A program made the position numbers and the translations under genes. Below the pieces are notes generated by a model. It ran no database searches, was not told the origin of the DNA, and saw nothing but the letters and a program-made list of their open reading frames with translations. DNA of 64,000 nucleotides from Geosiphon pyriformis uo1 (taxonomy: Eukaryota; Fungi; Glomeromycota), in contig JAAOMT010000299.1 in NCBI GenBank assembly GCA_016748015.1, positions 595,090 to 659,089 of the forward strand, given 5' to 3'. Of the stretch, positions 39,901 to 52,082 are shown one piece after another. Numbering within the stretch: position 1 is the stretch's first letter; each line of letters begins with the position of its first letter.

Positions 39901-42900
39901 GTTTGTTGTTCCACTTGTTTTGTCATTTTGGGTAACCATAGCGTTCTCTATGGCATGGTTTGCAGTAGTAGTAAGTTCGTGTCCAGTAGTCTTCATCTGG
40001 CATAATCCATGCTCCCATAGAAGAGAGTTTCTTCTTATAGTTCTGATATTTTAAGAGAATGTAAGATGGCTCTTTTACTGACTCCTGTAAGTATTCTTTT
40101 TCCCAGCCACTGGTTATTTTTTCTGTGGCTTCATTGGCTTTTTCAGGTAAGTCTTCTTCTTTCTCCTTTTCTTTTCCTTTTTTTTCCCAGTTGGTTGGCA
40201 TTGCTTTGCTTTTGTTGTTGTTGTTCCAGGTATTAATAGTGGTCTCCTAGGTATATTCTTCTGTTTCCGTTCCTTTTCTTTTTACATTGTTTCTTTCTTC
40301 CCAGTCTAAAATTGGCAGTAGCTTGTTGTGTTTGATGTTAGCCCACGATACTTGGTATGCCTTCCAAGTAGGCTTTGGTTTTTCCTCCTCAAAATCAATA
40401 AGCAGCATTGATGACGTGATGTTGTTCAGTTTGAAATGACCACACATGACCGGTACTCGCATGTGTTAGCCATTTTGGCTGAGTTGGAGTTCCTGCATGT
40501 TCCAGTCAAGCATTGCATTGGTCTTGGACAACCAGTTGTTGCCAATGAAAGCTTGGTACTGTGTTGCTTCCATTACTAATACCTTGATTGGTACAGTGAT
40601 GCCATTGATTTCAATGGGTAGATCATCAATCTCGCCAATGGGAGTTTTGGTTGCTCCATTGGCTGTTATGATTTTGGTGCTGGCAGTACAATCAACTCAG
40701 CAACCTAATTGGTCTATGAATTGTCATGTAATAATGCTGCCTGCTAACTCACTATCCAGAATGAGCTTGATGGAATGGCCATCAATTTTGGCATCAGTAT
40801 ATATTACCATGATGAGTTTTTTCTTGATAGTGGCTCCACTAAACAAAGAAACTTCTGATAGTTCCTCAATTTCAAATGGAAATATGGCTGCAAGTGACTC
40901 ATCTTCTGTGACAGTGGCTGGTGGGATATTGCTGGTAAGTGTTAATTGGAGGTTGGTTTCTAGGTCATTGGGTTGGGCGTTTTCTAAGGTGACCAGGAGA
41001 CTTAAATAGTTCTGGAAATTCAGGTTTTGGGTGGCACCAGTACCTGAATTCCACTGACAAGATCCTGTTTGCTGGTTTGACAAACTGGGGATTGGTTGGT
41101 AGACTACCATTGCCAATCGCCAGTTTTGTTGTATCATTTTTGGCCTTTAAATTCCATTTTGAGGCAAGTTTTGTGGCAGTATTTGAATTTGTGATTGGGA
41201 TTAATAAATGATTTGAGGTTGTGGCTGATAAATTACTTGTGGTTGTGATTGATAGATTGTGAATGTTTGATAGACTGGAGTTTGATATACTGGTGGTTGA
41301 TAGATTTGTGACTGCATCATTGGTAGGTAAGTAGTTTGATCTTGATTTGGATAATGATTTGGAGTTTGAAATCTGCAATTGGGATTTTGATATTGATTTC
41401 CCGATCGTGAATTGTTGCTATAAAATCTGCAGTCTGCTTTTATGTGTCCTTTTTTACCACAGTTGTAGCAAACACACATTTCTGGCTGCCACTACTGATT
41501 AGGTACTGCTGATGATGATGATGAATGTGACTGATTTTGGAAATAATTCACGTTTTCTGGATTATTGCGTTGTTGTGGTGGTTGATAAATTATGCGATTG
41601 TTAGCTAAGTATCTCTCTAATTTCTGATTAATTGAATCACTGAATTGTTTCAATTTGGAATCCAATTCAAATGATCCATTCATCACTAAGTTTATGGCAT
41701 GAGTGTGATTGGCTTCTAATTCAGTAGATTCAAAATCTCTGGTGTGTGTGACTGCATTCTGGAGAGTGGCTGGATGCAATGAGTGTATGTGTTACAGGAT
41801 ACTACTGCACAGGTCACAGATAAATTGATTGAGAATTTGTGGCACTATGAAATAATTAGCATTAATTACTTGGATTTGTCACAAATTTCTATGAAAGCGT
41901 TCTAGATATATGGTAACTACTTCAGTTTCTTCTTGTTTAATTGTAGTGAAAGTGTTGGCTAATCTGTTGATGTTGTTGTTATTGCTAAAATATCTCAAAA
42001 ATTCTAGTTTAAAGGTGTTGAAATCTTGGGGTTTGTTAACTAGACTTTGATACCATGAGTCTGCTGTATTCTTGAGAAAATAGGGTATGGCTTGCATGGC
42101 TCTGACATCATTTCATCCATTGGCTGTGATGGCTTTTTCTATATTATTTAGCCAAACTTGTGTGTCGTCTTCTTTGCCAGTGAATTTGTTGAGTTTCACA
42201 ATTGGTGCGTATGCCATTTGTTGTTGTTGCTGTGGTGGAAGTTGTAATTGTTGTTGAGGTGGTACTGGAGGTGGTTGTTGATTTTGTTGGTTCAGTGTTT
42301 GGATGGGCTGGCCAATTAGTTCTACTGATGGTTGATTAATGATGATAACTGGCAGTAAGTGTTGATTAATTACTTCAGGATTTTGATTTTGCAGTGCTTG
42401 AATATTCAGAGTTTCGATTTCTGGGTTTTCTCGCTGAGTTTGAATGTTTGGAGTTTCAAATTCCGGGTTTTCAAGGATCAGGTTTTGATAAGTAAATTCC
42501 TGATCTTCTGATTCTTCTTCCTCTTCTTCTTCCGATAATTCCCACAGGGTAGCAGTTTCAAAGTCCAGTTGAGGTGGTGGTGATCAAATTCCTAATGGCA
42601 TTGGTGATTGCAATTTGAATCCTTTGAAGTATTTGCCATATGGTTCTAATAATTCTGTTTTTTTTTGTTTACTTTAGAATGGAAATCGTCCAAATGCTAA
42701 TGTCACATTTGATGTGGATGTGCCTGTTGATACAATGTTGATGGCGCTTCCGGATGTATAGTGATAAGATGAATTGGTTGATGATTCAACTTTTGTCTTC
42801 TTACAAGTAGGTAGTTGTATTTTTCTGGGAGTTACTGCTGGTGTTTGTAGTTTTTCTTTGTTTTTATTAGTGTATGTAATTGAATACCTTTGTTGGGTGT

Positions 42901-43240
42901 GATGTTCAATTTCTTTGTTGATCTTAGTGATAATAAATGTGAAATTATAATTTGTTGATAGGTTGGTGTTTTGAATTAATTCTCTGTAGAAAGTTTCCCT
43001 TGCTGCTTTAGTATTCACTGGTGTTCCTAACAAAGAGGAAATCTTTTCATTAATGTAGGAATTAAAGGCTGATTCAGCAGATATATGATTGTGGTTTAAT
43101 CCCAAGTGCTGACAATAGTGTTGAAATAAAGATTTTGCAAATCCTAAATGGTTTGCTCCTATATTTTCTGATTCTGTCACTTTTGAATGGAGTTGTTGGT
43201 GCTGGTTCTCTGTAAGATTATACCTCACAGGAAGCACCAA
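36991..43240 (-). pseudogene. GC gag-PR-Cys-rich-dUTPase-RT-RNaseH (RNase H tail resumes at 27076-27013)
   Basis: CYNCGKKGHIKADC; LILDS protease; MPFGLTNAPATFQ, YLDD; HPVAYAS, VYTDHKGL. Confidence 0.92.
38755..39185 (-). other. dUTPase domain in GC pol
   Basis: FDLRYP, ASRSSLA, IINTEYIGNI (decayed IIDAGY.G), RITQ, IQGFGSMG within ORF 38363-39472. Confidence 0.88.
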
Positions 43241-43241
43241 A

Positions 43242-44080
43242 TGTTATAGTTGATTATTTGGGGTCTCAAATCAAATAACAAACCCATAACTTGGTGCTCA
43301 ATTGATATAATGTTGTTGGTAATATCTGAAGGTATTGTTATCTGAAGGTTTTGGTTGAGTTCTTTGTATAATGGCCAGAGATTTAATGATAATAGTTTAT
43401 CCATAGCTTCCTGAAACTGCAGTTTTGTCAATTTCTTTCTCAGCTTAATGGCCAGTATTCCTCCTGGTAAGCTATCCTCAATTGAGTGTTCTACCCTTAT
43501 TCCTGAGTTTTTTACCAGTCATGTTTATCCTGACATCAGTGCCCCACACATTAATCCTCAATAGAGTTAGTAAACAACAATAAAATCAAAGCAAAAAAAT
43601 AAAAAAAAAAGAAAATAAAGAAAGAAAAGAAATAAGCCAAGGCAATTTGCAAGTTAGTATTCTGTTAATAGCTGTGATTAAGAGCTATTGTTCCAGTGTG
43701 GTTAAGTGTCAATTACTATCAACATGAAGTGTTGATAGTGGAAATGGATTTGAAATAACAAATAGTTATTTATTAGATGATTGTGATTTGGAAAGTTGCT
43801 TAGATTAAATCTAAACTGAGAAGTCTGTCTTTTCAGCTTCTAATCTTACTGCTATATATACATAATTGAGATTCCTTAATTCCTCAATTCTCCACAACAG
43901 GAATTCTGCAATTCCTTTAAGAGGAATCCTGGAATTCTGGAATTCTGTGATTCTTTGTGAGAATCCTGTAATTCCTAGAATCCTGCAATTCCTGAAAGGA
44001 ATCCTGGAATTCTACATTTTACTACATCTACTTCTAATTGGCTATGCTAATCTCTATTCCCTATATTTCTATAAGTAACA
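43242..44080 (-). repeat. GC 5' LTR
   Basis: Matches 24048-24870; PBS adjacent at 43223-43239. Confidence 0.93.
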
Positions 44081-44084
44081 CCAG

Positions 44085-47000
44085 TTTGAGACCAAGTTCA
44101 GAACTCCAATATTAATATTCAAATGGCACATGGAATTAGAAAGAAGAACCCAAAGCCCTGGAGAAATAGTGACTGAATATGCCAAAGCTATCAGAAAGCT
44201 AATCAAACAGATAGACTCTGGAAGAAATTGAATGGAAGAACAAAAGATTCATTCCTTTACAAAAAGATTGAGAACTAATTTGTCATATGTTCTTTGGCCC
44301 CTTCTGGCTCTCAAAAATAATTCCACAATAGATATGGCCATTGAACTTGCCCAACAAATTGAAAACAACTAGTGAATGCATTTGGAATCCACACTCCCAG
44401 TTTTTGCTCCTGCTTCTGTTATAACTCCTGCTCCACAAATGGCTGCTACCTCTTTTGCTACTCATACCTAAGACCCCAATAAACAATTAATAGACAGACT
44501 TACAGCAAATCTTGTTTAGTTACTAAAACTCTTAGCCCAAACAGTCAAAAAAAATCAACAGCCCCAAAGACTCAGATTTGAATCATGCTTTAATCAGTCC
44601 TAACAGCCCTCTTATCAAAGACAACAAAATCATGGCCCACCTGTATGCTATTGCTGTGGATTAACTGGACACTTTTCAAGAGATTGCAACAATCCTCCAC
44701 TGTTTCCACCAGTTCTTAGAAACAATGATACCCAGAACAATAGACCTAACAACAATAATAATATCCCCAATCAAAGACTTAACCATGCCAACATCAATTT
44801 CTTTGGAGAGAATCTCCTAATTGAAGCCACTGTTTATCAGCCTTTAAACTGGTAGGTGTACCTCCAAAGAGTAAGAGTGCAAGCTAATTAGAAAAAAACC
44901 CTTTTTACGCTTTTAACTTAACTAATGATGATCACAACATGGATGAACTAGCTATTAACCCCTCAGACTCAACAAGAAAGAAGAAAAAAGCCAAGGTTGA
45001 TTTTATTTTGGACCCCAATAAAGCTTCCACATTAATTGTTGATAACAATAAACCACCAAAAGCCAAGGTTTTCAAGAACCCTTTAAAGTTAGAACTCCCA
45101 GAAATAGTACAAAAATCTGGCACCTATTCTGTTGTTAAAGACCTCATAGAAACTCCAGCACACATAACTTTTGGCCAGTTAATGACTCATCCACAATTCA
45201 GAAAAAATCTTTGCAAATCTCTGATTCCAAAAAAGAAAACACCAAAGACCAACAAGCACCCTGACCAAACTGAACTTGCTGACAACAGCAATGTCACTTC
45301 TTTCATTTGCAAAGCCCAAGTGGCTGGCTACTTCATTGACTTGATCCTAGACAGTGAATCATCTGTTAGTGTTATTGCCAAACACTTCCTTAAAGCAATT
45401 GGCAGAAAGATTGATGAACTATCCACACAACCAATAACTAATGTACATGGTAACAAGAAGAAAGATCTTGGCATAGCCAAAGCTATTCCTGTCCACATCA
45501 ATAGCATCAGCATTGAAACTAACATAAAAGTATCTGAAGCTAAAGAATATACCATTATTGTTGGCAATGAATGGCTCAAGAAAGCAAAAGTCTTACTTGA
45601 CTATGAACTCTATAAGCTAATCATTAGATGTAATGAAAAACCTATTGTGGTTAAGTGTCAACATTGAACAACTCTCCCAGTACCCAAGCAAAGCCCAAAA
45701 GAAGGACAATCAGATAAATCAGATGATGAAAAAAGCGAAGAAGAAAAAGAACAAAAAGAACAAGAAAAAGCCATTGAACTTGTCTACACCATCTTTACCA
45801 GTAATAGCAAGCCTCTGGATAATGTCAAAGTGGATAAAAAAAGAATCATTGTCAATAGTAAGCTGATCTGCTGGCCCTATTATGACATGCTCAGAAGAAC
45901 TTTTGACAGAAAGCCAGACAAGAAAGCCAAATACAGTTATTGGTGGCATGGTCTTTGTGCTCGGTGCTAGTGCGACAAATCATTGTATTCCCCCAGCAAT
46001 GAATATATGTCCTGCCTAATCTATTACAAAGATTGGGAACCAATCAGCTTGATACCCCGTGAAGAAATAAAAAAAGTCCAAAAGTCTTTTGAGAATGAAC
46101 CACCTAAAATCCAATCATTAGTTATAGAACAAAGAGAACTCTCCCCAGAAGAAAAAAAGATAGACATTGAAAATCTGCTGGCTAGAAACAGCCCAGTTAT
46201 CTCAAAAGAAGGTGAATCTCCTGGACGTACACATGTGATACAACACACCATTATTATCAGAGAAACTTGTCCCATCTATTTGAAGCCCTATCAATCAAAT
46301 TGACACAATGATGAGTTTATCAAAAAAGAAATAAACTGAATGAAAAACCTTGGATTCATACAAGAAACCAAGAGTGAATAGGCATTTCCAGTTGTAGTGG
46401 TATCCAAAAAAAAGAAGAATCCTATGCTTTTGTGTTAACTATTGCCAATTAAATACTATCACTGAAAGAGACATGTACCCACTTTCCAAAATTGATGCAA
46501 TGCTAGACCAATTCCATGGTGCCGCTTTTTTCTCAACCATTGACTTAACTACTGAATTCTGGCAAGTAGAGATGAATTCAGAAAGCAGAAAGAAAACTGC
46601 CTTCATCACCAAGTATGGCACCTACAAATTTACAGTCATGCCTTTTGGTCTCACAAATGCTCCTCCCACTTTTCAATGCTTAATGGACAAAGTATTTGAA
46701 TCAGTAAAAAAAAACTTTGTTCTAGTCTACTTGGACGACATAATGATATACTCAAAAACCTGGGATGAACACCTTGAACATTTGCAAAAGGTTTTTGACC
46801 TCCTTAGAAATGCTGGCCTTAAGATCAATCCAATCAAATCATTCTTTGGACATTAATCTACCCAGTTCCTTGGCCATCTTATTACAAAAGATGGAATCTT
46901 CCCTGATCCAGCCAAAATAGAAAAAGTCTAGAACATTAGACAGCCAATGAATGTTCATGAACTGTACTTTTTCCTTGGTTTGGTCTCTTATTATTGCAAA

Positions 47001-47537
47001 TTTGTCAAAGACTTCTCTAAAATTGCCACTCCTCTCAATTAGCTACTTAGGAAAAATCTCAATTATCATTGGGACACTTATCAACAAAAAGCTTTTGAAA
47101 TTCTGAAGGAAAAACTGGTTACAGAACCCATCCTTATACAATCTGATTTGGATCGACCTTTTATCCTTCATACTGATGCATCTGGCTATGGACTTGGCAC
47201 TGTTCTCTCCCAGAAAAATGAAGATGACAGAGAACATACCATAGCATACGCCAGTAGAACCCTCACACCAGCAGAACAGAACTACTCAGTTACTGAGCAA
47301 GAATGCTTAGCAGTAGTTTGGGCTACCAGCTATTGGGATAAATATTTTAAAGGTGTAAAATTTTTGGTGGTAACAGATTACCAAGCTTTGGTTTGGCTAC
47401 ACAACAAAAGAAACTTGAAACATAAATGGATAACTTGCTGGATACTCCACTTGAATGAATTTGACTATGACATTCAACACCACAAAGGAATTAATTATCA
47501 AAACGCTGACACTTTCTCCAAACTTACCATCCAGTAA
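44085..47537 (+). pseudogene. GA1 gag 3' part, -1 frameshift, then PR-RT-RNaseH (no dUTPase)
   Basis: CYCCGLTGHFSRDC; gag stop 44853-44855; LILDS protease; MPFGLTNAP, YLDD; HTDASG; ends NADTFSKLTIQ**. Confidence 0.9.
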
Positions 47538-47596
47538 TAGTACAACCCTTTCAAACCAAACCAATCTAATTATTAGTAACTTCCTTACTAACAAAC

Positions 47597-48916
47597 ATGA
47601 TAATGGACTTAGATAACTACTCAGCCTTAATGGAATTTTTGGGTAAAGGACAATACCCACCAGACTATACTCGACAGCAAAGAGAACATTTGTGCAAACA
47701 ATCAAACTTCTATTTGATTCACCAGAACCAGTTATATAAAAGAAATAAAAAAGATTCTGACCACTCCCAGAGAGTCATTAGATTTGAAGAAAGAGAAATT
47801 GTGATCTACAATATGTACACTGATCCATTAACTGGACACTTTGAAAAAACAAAGACAATTCAGAAAACTTTAGCTCACTATTATTGGCCTACCTTGGGAA
47901 AAGACATTGCTGAATACATCAAAACCTGTAATACCTGCCAAAGAAAAGAGAAACCCAATCAAAAAGAAGATATCCATCCAATCTTTGTTGGTCAACCATT
48001 TGACAAAATTGGTATAGATGTTGTTGGACCTTTAACAGTAACTCCTAATGGCAACAGATACATTATCACAGCTACTAACTATCTTACAAAGTGGGTAGAA
48101 GCAAAAGCCACTCCAGATTAAACAGCAGTCTCAATTGCCAATTTCATTTATGAAGATATCATTTGTTGTTATGGCTGTCTCAAAGAACTTTTATTTGACA
48201 GAGGAAGAGTCTTTCTTAGTACATTGGTTGAAGAACTTTGTAGAAAAATAGAAATACGTCATAAACTCTCTTCTTTTTATCACCTTCAGACAAATGGTCT
48301 AGTAGAACGTTTCAACAGAACACTATGTGAAACCCTAGCCAAAACCAGTGAAGAAACCAACCTATGAGACAAAGTATTACCTTCAGCTTTGTTTGCTTAC
48401 AGAATTGTAAATCATGACATAACAAGTTATGAACCTTTTTATCTGCTCTATGGACAAATGGCAACTCTACCAATAGAAACTGATATAGAGACAATACCTT
48501 TTGAAGAAATAACAATAGAAAATTACAAAGACATTTTGCAAAGAAGACTTGGTACTATTCTTGACACATTGGTAGAGACACAGATAATTGCCTTTGAAAA
48601 GATAAAACAGTTCCAAGAAAAGCTCAAAAAGAAAAAAACCTATAAAACATTTTCCTTAAGTATTAGTAACTTAGTCTTAGAATACTGTTCAGACAGAGAC
48701 AATGTCTATGGTGATAAATTTTCTAGCCACTGGAAAGGACCCTTTATAGTTAACAAAGTTTTGAACAATGGTTCATATATTCTACAAGATCAATATAGAA
48801 CAATATTCAATGATCACCCTGTTTATGACACATGACTCAAAAAATATTACAAATGACCTGATTGGTTATCTGTTGTGGTAATACTGACCCAAATAATCAG
48901 CAAAAATCAGATATAA
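47597..48916 (+). pseudogene. GA1 integrase (stand-alone ORF)
   Basis: MIMDLDNY..; GHF..YYWP..CNTCQR; GIDVVGP; YHLQTNGLVERFN; WKGPF. Confidence 0.92.
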
Positions 48917-49558
48917 ATAAATGCATCATTCCCAAAACAGAGGTATCTTCAATTGACATGAACAATTATTTCCTGGATCAAAACATTCAAAACATTTTCT
49001 ATACTCTTCATGAAGACTGAATCAAAAACTATCCAGATGCTACTTTGATCATTGGAAAACAAATCACCATAACCAATAGTAGTGGAACTCATACTGTTAT
49101 CAGACCAAAGAAAACCACTACCAGAAGAGAAAAAATTGGTGGCAAAATGGATAAATACCTGCTGGAAAGCATAACAGCAGTGATACTTTCACCCTCCAGC
49201 ACAATTGGAAAAAACATTCAAGAAATCTTATCCATAAACAAAAACTTGTCATATGGAAGACAACTAGAACTCTATAGTCGTTTTGGTGAAATCATAGAAG
49301 ACATGAAGCTCATGAAGAACTTCAGAAATACAAGTGGAAATTTTGGGCACTATACAAGTAAATGTCCCAAGAGTTTTGACCATTGCTAGAAGAGCCAGAA
49401 CTCTTATACAAAGATTTGGTCTCTTGGATATGAAACTCATTTTATCTCAAGTGTTGTCTACTCTATCCACAAAAAACTTCAACAAACTAGTTAGACAAAA
49501 CTTTTCACATAGATTATCCCATAAATAGCTTGATTTTGCCGGAGCTCAATCTCTTTAG
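48913..49558 (+). pseudogene. GA1 ORF3, unknown function
   Basis: ORFs 49045-49389 and 49334-49528; the C-terminal half matches 63753-63983 (minus). Confidence 0.65.
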
Positions 49559-49567
49559 AGAGGATAA

Positions 49568-50244
49568 TATTATGGTTAAAACCTATATCTCTTATTAATT
49601 ATCACATGTATTAGCCACTGATGTCATATGATTAGCCACACTATTTTTAGAAAGTGATCATTGACCTGATCAATGACCTGACCATTGACCTAACCGTTAA
49701 TCTGATTATTGACCACTTTTGATAGCTATATAAGCGATGAATCTCTTAGCTATAGAAAAGCATGTAATAACAAGCATCTGAATAATCAAGAATAAATAAA
49801 ATAACAACTTTCATCTTAATCCTTCTTTTATCACTAATTTCCCTTTCTCTATTTTCAAGTATCTGAACATTTTAAAGATAAAAGATTACTTGTTGGTCTT
49901 TTTCTGATGTATATAATTATAACATTTGAAGATTATTTGAATAAACATGACTAAAAAGCACAAGTTGATACCTGATATTGAATTCTAAGAGCACCAATGT
50001 GAAGCATAGAATTATACCAGTGGTGATTAATTGTTAACAGTATAGACTATCTCTCTACCTTCAGATTCCCCAGTTACCTTTGAAAAGAATAACGACTGAG
50101 ATATTTTATGAGACTGATCTCGCACATTGAATCCATATTCATTCAATTTGCTTTTTAAAGTTGAATTCCCCTTTGATTATTTCTATCATTCTACAATCCT
50201 GTTCTCTCTTGCTATCCATTAGCTTGTTACTCCAACCCATAACA
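49568..50244 (+). repeat. GA1 3' LTR
   Basis: T(A)TTATGG...ATAACA, preceded by purine tract AGAGAGGATAA. Confidence 0.93.
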
Positions 50245-52082
50245 ATACTGCTAAAACAGGTGGAAAAACAAGATAACTGGAATGGTGCTACAGCTGGGGA
50301 ATCTAAATCTATGGAGACAAATAATGTATAGTACATCCAACTTCAAAATAGAACAGAACATGGCCAATAATAATACTTGGAAAATAGGGACTATTAATGT
50401 TAGAGGACTTAACAATCCTGGCAAAGCTGAAGAGGTACTACAATGGATTAAGGATGAACAATTTGATTTTGTGGTTATTACAGAAACTAAACTGACCCCA
50501 GTCAAAAAAAAAAGAGTGTTTTTGGTACTAAGGAATATCATGCCTTTTGGGAGTCAAGCACTGAGAAACAAATGGGAACTGGGGTGAACATACTGGTTAG
50601 AAAATGTTGGACTCACCATGTGGAGGTAATTAGGAGTTATTATGGGAAATTATTGCATCTGGTACTGAGATTTAGGGGTAAAATAAGTATACACATAGTT
50701 GGATTGTACATGCCTGCATCAAAATCACCTACTAAAAAGACAGTTGCAAAAGAAATTAGAAAACTTATAGCAGACATTGTACAAAACAAAAAAATTGTCA
50801 TAGTGGCAGGTGATTTAAATAAAAATCTAACATCCAAATCACTTGAAGAGACAATCGCCACAAACAAAAAAAAAATGTCCTACTGCAACATTGCTGCAAC
50901 AAATAAATCTGGTAGATATACATGGAATATATGCACTAAACAATTCAGATAATACATGGACAGCAAATGGAGTACAAAGGAGACTGGATTATGTGTTTAC
51001 TGATGTTATTACAGCCTTACTGGTCACAAACATTGGGGTGATTAATGTCAATAAATCATTTAGCACTGATCACAAAGCAGTAGTAACAATTATCTGATCT
51101 GACAGAATCTTGGCAGGCACTAAAAAATCTAGATTTAGGAGAAAAAAGTGTAGCACAACTATAATTGATGTTAAAAAAGCATCTGGAGTCCAATGGGAGA
51201 TCTATGCTAAAGAAACTAATCGACTAACAAATAAAGCACAAAGAAAATCAATGGATAACAGCAATAATGATCTAAACCAGATGTGGCTTACAATCAAGGA
51301 GACTGTGTTACAAGCTGCTGAGTGCTTACCAAAAAGGAAAGTGGGAGCCCAATCTGCACACACAAAAAAAGAATGCATAAATCACAAGCTTGTTAAGATT
51401 GTTACTGATATAATCAAACAAATAAGAGTAAACAATGCAGATATGCATAATAACAATGTTATGCAGCTATTGGCCAAATAAAAACAATTGAAACCTAAAA
51501 CAGCTACTGCATATTTGATGATTTTCCCAAAAGACAAGCTTATTGTTGAATTACTAAGCATCAAAAAAGAATACAGATCTATACTGCGTGCTAGAATCAG
51601 GTTACAACAACAAAGACAGATAATGAACAATATCATCAAAAGACAACAGAACTTTGAGCTAAGCAAAGGAGCAATGATCAAAAGCATTATGAACAGGAAA
51701 AAGCAAAGGATAGTATTGGACTATGTTATAAAAGAAGGCAAATTTTATGATGATCCTAATAAAATCAAAAAGCTAGTAAACAAAAAAGCTCAAGGATAGA
51801 CTAAGACAAGAATTTTTGAACCTGAACTATGGAGAAGTTGGGAATACAGGTTTAAGCCAATTGAAAACATCTCAGATAATGCCTTTGATAGTGTGATGGC
51901 TGAAATAACAATAGAAGAATTTGACCACACATTAAGCCACACATTTCATAACAAAGCCCCTAGCCCATCAGGCATACAAGCTGAACTGTAGAGGAAGTTT
52001 GGTCTTAACACCAAGTCTAAACTGAGAGCATTGCTTAATGCTTATATAGAAGCAGCAAACATGCCTAAGGAGTGGAAAATAG

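Larger units (their letters stand above)
24048..44080 (-). mobile_element. Ty3/Gypsy family GC element inserted into GA1 gag
   Basis: LTRs 24048-24870 and 43242-44080; TSD CCAG at 24044-24047 and 44081-44084; excision restores gag frame FTTQFETKFRT. Confidence 0.93.
22584..50244 (+). mobile_element. Ty3/Gypsy family GA, copy 1 (hosts nested GC and GD)
   Basis: Related LTRs at both ends, PBS, gag split at 24047/44085, PR-RT-RH, integrase, PPT. Confidence 0.9.

Noticed and set aside
40965-41378. Overlapping alternative-frame and antisense ORFs (also 58801-59277, 59344-59781, 22175-22498)
   Set aside because: Shadows of low-complexity or strand-skewed TE coding sequence with no recognisable motifs
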